Shown here piece by piece: positions 59,545 to 64,000 of a DNA stretch of 64,000 nucleotides; position 1 is the stretch's first letter, and each line of letters opens with the position of its first letter. Origin of the DNA: Ascidiella aspersa. Taxonomy: Eukaryota. The stretch is taken from contig OZ004607.1 of assembly GCA_963924565.1 (NCBI GenBank), positions 33,232,001-33,296,000 on the forward strand, given 5' to 3'. The notes under the pieces were generated by a model. The model did not search any database, was not told the DNA's origin, and was given only the letters and a program-made list of their open reading frames with translations. The position numbers and the translations under genes were made by a program.

Positions 59545-62500
59545 TGTAAGAGGATTAACTATTATGCAAAATAAGCACGGGATTGGGGAACCAAGGGTGG
59601 CTCAGTTCGCGCAAACTTTCTTAACCTCGAAGAAGAAAATTATTGAATTTAAAGAATGAATAGCCCCAGGACAGGGCTGGATTATCCATTAAGCAAAATA
59701 AACACATACTTCGGGCACCATAGAAATTTTATCAGCCGAATTTTCAATGGTTGCTTAGCATTTATTGAAAAAATTCCCTATTCGATTTAACAGCCTGAAG
59801 TTTTACGTAGCGCGTCACAATTCGATCTTTCATCCGACATTCATAGCAAAAATTTTATACCGAAATATAACGACAAATTTACTTTCGTTTGAGCGCGCGC
59901 GACGCTCATCACACCAAAGGACCTAAAGTGATTTGTTTCTCGGCGGTTTATCTCGCTAGGCTCGCCCTGCTCACGCAATGCCGGCAGAACGGCCACACTG
60001 GCGAATGATTTGTCTTTTTAGAGCGGCGCTCTTCTGCTTTTGAACTTGGCATTTTAAAGGGCCCACGAACGAAACGTTCGCCCAACAACAAAAGGAGCTG
60101 GGATCCCCTAAGCCTCAAAGCTTTAGCTTTTACAATTTTTTGGTTCTTGTATGTTATTGCTTGGCACAAACTTAGCGCCATAGCAAGTAGGAGTGTATGA
60201 TATTTTTGAGTCGCAGCAGATACGCGACACAAAGTGGTAATATTAGTATCGGCACTCGTCCGATACTACTTGTAGTATACCGGTGCCGATCCGATACCAA
60301 ATTAGATTGTTGATTTCAGTCATGGTTTGAAATCAAACATAACGTTTCCTTAGTTGAAAGGTAAATATTAAATTTGCACTACCCAACTTTTCAGGCGATA
60401 AAGCAATTTTTTGCTTAACAACTAAGAAAACATTAAATTTAAAAGTAAAAATTTTATCAAAATTGCTTGTTTGATCATAGTAATGACGTCATTCGGAATA
60501 GTATCGGACGACCGAACGTTTTGCCCATAATACAATCAGATTTCGGTATCCGACAGAATACGATCTGACACGCCCATATTCGGAATACCCAACACCTCAT
60601 AACAAGAAAGGACCATTTTCACAGCGCATTCATAAAACAAAACACTTTGCGGTCGCCGACCCCTAAACGCCTCCAGACTTAAACTTTTCTTCCGACACGT
60701 CACTGGTTATTCTGCGTTTCTCAACAGTCTTTTATCGTTTGCACAAGCTTCGCGTCACAACTAACAGGCCCCAGCTTTTCCACAACGAGATAAATTGGTG
60801 AATCACAGTCGAGTAGCGTCTGGCGAGATCTTACAGCTGGGCATATACGATTGCTTGTGATGTAATACACGATGTAACGAGTGCAAATATTATAACAAGG
60901 GTTCGTTTAGCAATATGACGTTCCGATGTAATGTAGCGCGTGCAAATATGATAAAAATTTTAAATTTTATAATGATCGCCGTATTGGTAATTATATTAGA
61001 GCCCAAACGAAGTAGGTATGTGAGGTTTATTACATTTTGATTCAATAATTTAATGATTTAATAGAGTTGTTGCAAGGTAGGTACCACTATCAAATCAATA
61101 TAGGCTTCAAATATCTCTAAAGAAAATTAGTTGGAATCTATAAAATTTGATTTTTTGTCTAACCAATAGTTCATTTTTACAATAATTACCAGAATAGCGT
61201 CATAAAACCCTCTACCGAAGTGTGTGTATTTGTGTGATTTATTATCTTTTTTATCGTTGTGCTATAGTTAGACTATAGTTACCTCAACCAAACCACTATA
61301 GTCTCCAAAAATCTATAGCGTAAATGTATTAAAATGACCCATTATTTCTACCAAACTTGATGCTACAAGAAAACACAAACAAGTAAACTATAAGTTAATA
61401 TCTGAACCATGATCGCTTGAGGTATTGACTCTTTACAACGAAACCTTGAAAAATTACTTGGACAACGCATAAAGGGCCTCAGCCCGTAAAACTCTGTACA
61501 CGCGTATCGTAACCGCAGCTATAAGCCTTGCAGCTGTAGACCTTGCTGGAGTTGTTAAAACTTGTAACGTGTTGCTCCGTGTCTATATAAGGCGTCCTAA
61601 TACCTTCGCACGCAAAATCAGCGGACTACTTTGTTCGGGTAAGTTTCATTTCTAAACAGATATATTACTTGATTGGGTGATGCAATTTAGAAATATCCAA
61701 TTTTCTTGAGTTACGTTATGGGTAGATTCTGACGAATAGAATTTAGCTTTTCCAATCACAACCTATATTTTTTTATGTCAAATCGAAGTTAATTCTCATA
61801 AGGCTAACTATAATTATAATTAAATTGTAAGGATTAGGATGCTTTGTCACAAATTTCAGTTCGACAAACGTAGCGTTTTGGGTAAAACCAGAACCGATTT
61901 TGCAAAACAGGAAAATTCCATATTTCTAAACATTTTGGAAAACCTTTGGGTTTTCCCGAGAAAGTCACATTACTTCCTGAAAAAAAAAATCAACTTAGTG
62001 TTGTTATCACAGTCCTTAAAATAGAAAAAAAACCTTCGGTAAACTTATCGAACTAAACTCTCAAATATTCCGATGATCTTGGTCTTTTGTTGCGTGCGGA
62101 AAACTCCAGACAAAGTCAACACAGTCGTTAATGTGGTCGGGCCTCTTTCGGGTTTAACAGAACGGGCGGCGGTCGTTGTTCGACTGTAGCCTTCCCTTCG
62201 CACATACACGGCCGCGATCTAGCCCGGAAAAATATTTACCCAGCCCCCGAGCACTACACAAAGGGAGCAATAATATTCGCACGTGTCTCGCATTTGCATT
62301 CAAATGCTCTCATGGTTAGCAAAAACACTTTTCACGTTCAAGGAAAGGCAAACATAACGTGAATTGCGTTCTGCTTCGTACAAATTGTGAGCAAATATAA
62401 GCGTGGGGTTATATAAGAGTGGGGTTTACATGTCAGTTCAAAATGACTTAAGTCCCAGTCAAGTCATTTGTAAAATAACTGAAGTCCGATTCAAGTCATT

Positions 62501-64000
62501 CGTAAAATAACTGAAGTCCAAGTCAAGTCATTAACTTAAGGCATTCACTACTGGGTTACGCCATCAACAATTCAGATGGATAAGTATTGCAGTAGCTTAC
62601 TATTTTAATTGTGCCTGACCGTTTCCTTATATTGTGTGATTTTCTTTTATAGATTTTTCTTACTACTAAAATACAGTAGTTGTTTCACTGAAACAAAAGT
62701 GACAAAAACTAAGGTTTAACATAAATACAGGCACAGGGTTTCTTTTCGCGCAAAATGTGAGCAAATATAACCGTGGGTTTATCCCTAATAAAATTGGAAA
62801 GAAAATTTTCGCGATGGTGAAATGTATATTAAACACTCCTGTCTTGTCTAACATTTACAAACGAAGCAGAATGGTATTTCTATATATGTTATGGCAAGTG
62901 TTCAAAAAATTGTTTTGCGGTGCCTTTCGACACGTTTATCAAGCGTTAGGAATTACGCTAATTTTTTATTATTTTTACCACAAATGAATTCATTTTATTA
63001 GTGTAATTAAGTGTAGACGCGACGAACATTTCCCAACTGCTGCATTAGGGGTATTTAACCAGCACAAAAAATACCTTAATAATCACGGTAATACTGCGCG
63101 GCCACATAAAAAGTATAGTCTGGCCAAAAATGTGCCAGAATTAACCCAGAAAATAGTAAGGCGCACCTTCAAATGTTCAACAGCCCATAGTCTCAATGTG
63201 CTTAACCACAGTAAAAAAATAAAAAAAAATGTAGCAGACTGCTTTGAAAAATGCCCGGTATAAGAAGGCCGGGCGTGGCGTGCAAGGTGTTTGACGAAAT
63301 GCCTAAACGAAGAGATTGCAAATCCGCAAAAACGCCGTAATCCGGTTTCGCTGCTAAATATTTACCATGACGGAGTCGGGATTTGGATGGCTTTATCCTA
63401 ATCCTGTGTCGACTAAAGACTGCCGTTTGGACGCACTGGGAGTTCTGACGAATTGAATGGCATGAAGTACAGGAGATTACGAATGCGATTTAAAGGTTTT
63501 CATTTACTTTAGGGGTAACTGTGTGGCTCTCTACGCCCTATGGATGATACGAGTCTAATAAATTGCAGTTATTTGTTTTACACATAAAAAGTTATAATTT
63601 GAGCTTTAACTTGGCCCAATTCTAATTTGAATTCAGCCGTTTAATGCGTCCTGTAAGCAAACTTAACTTAGGGATTTTGTTAAGTCTGATCAAAACAATA
63701 TTGAAACCTGATGAAATGTCCTTAATTCCACGAAATGTAAAACAACCTACACATTATACAGTTCGGCAACCAACGGAACATTATGTTTTTTTATCAATGC
63801 TTTACCTGACACCAACTATTCTTAACCAACTGCAAAAGGGCTATAGCCCGAAACCTAACTCATGTACAAATGTTTTATTATCTGATGAACGCGGTCAACA
63901 TCAGAAAAAGTATGAAATTTAAAGAAATGTAATAATTTTTGTATCCCTAAATTAATTTAATTTTAATTGGTCGACACTTGAATTCGACAGGATCGCCAGA

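Noticed and set aside
62641-62680. Candidate ALDH1A exon 2 (ag|ATT TTT ...)
   Set aside because: Translates IFLTTKIQ then stop, not IFINNEW; exon 2 must lie beyond the window.
63700-63745. CTGATGA...ACGAAATGTA hammerhead-like string
   Set aside because: Stem I is absent and stem II is only 2 bp.

Overview
AT-rich animal DNA, most like an invertebrate chordate (ascidian-like; this is an inference), with many non-autonomous DNA transposons in the introns. The listed ORFs are mostly spurious or single exons. (1) 3521-27211 (+): 24 GT-AG exons join in one frame (3258 nt, 1085 aa plus stop) into the central and C-terminal part of a centlein (CNTLN)-like coiled-coil centrosomal protein. The N-terminal exons are not in the window. 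(2) About 27.5-58.9 kb: a gene-poor region where CpG-rich islands alternate with MITE-rich AT-rich spacers. (3) 59056-59184 (+): first coding exon of an ALDH1A/Raldh2-like aldehyde dehydrogenase (...PPPNPALEIKYTK|gtaagt), with intron 1 running off the window. The main hidden signal is a set of about ten minimal type-I hammerhead ribozyme motifs (CUGANGA...GAAA-palindrome-UH, the Penelope-like/retrozyme form) from several unrelated families. Two occur as inverted intact-plus-broken pairs in CNTLN introns, one flanked by a 13-bp target-site duplication. Other signals are a dispersed tRNA-shaped cassette with a variable anticodon loop, strong enrichment of TGACGTCA (including in coding exons), and tandem duplications that copy splice sites. 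All calls were made by eye; no searches were run.
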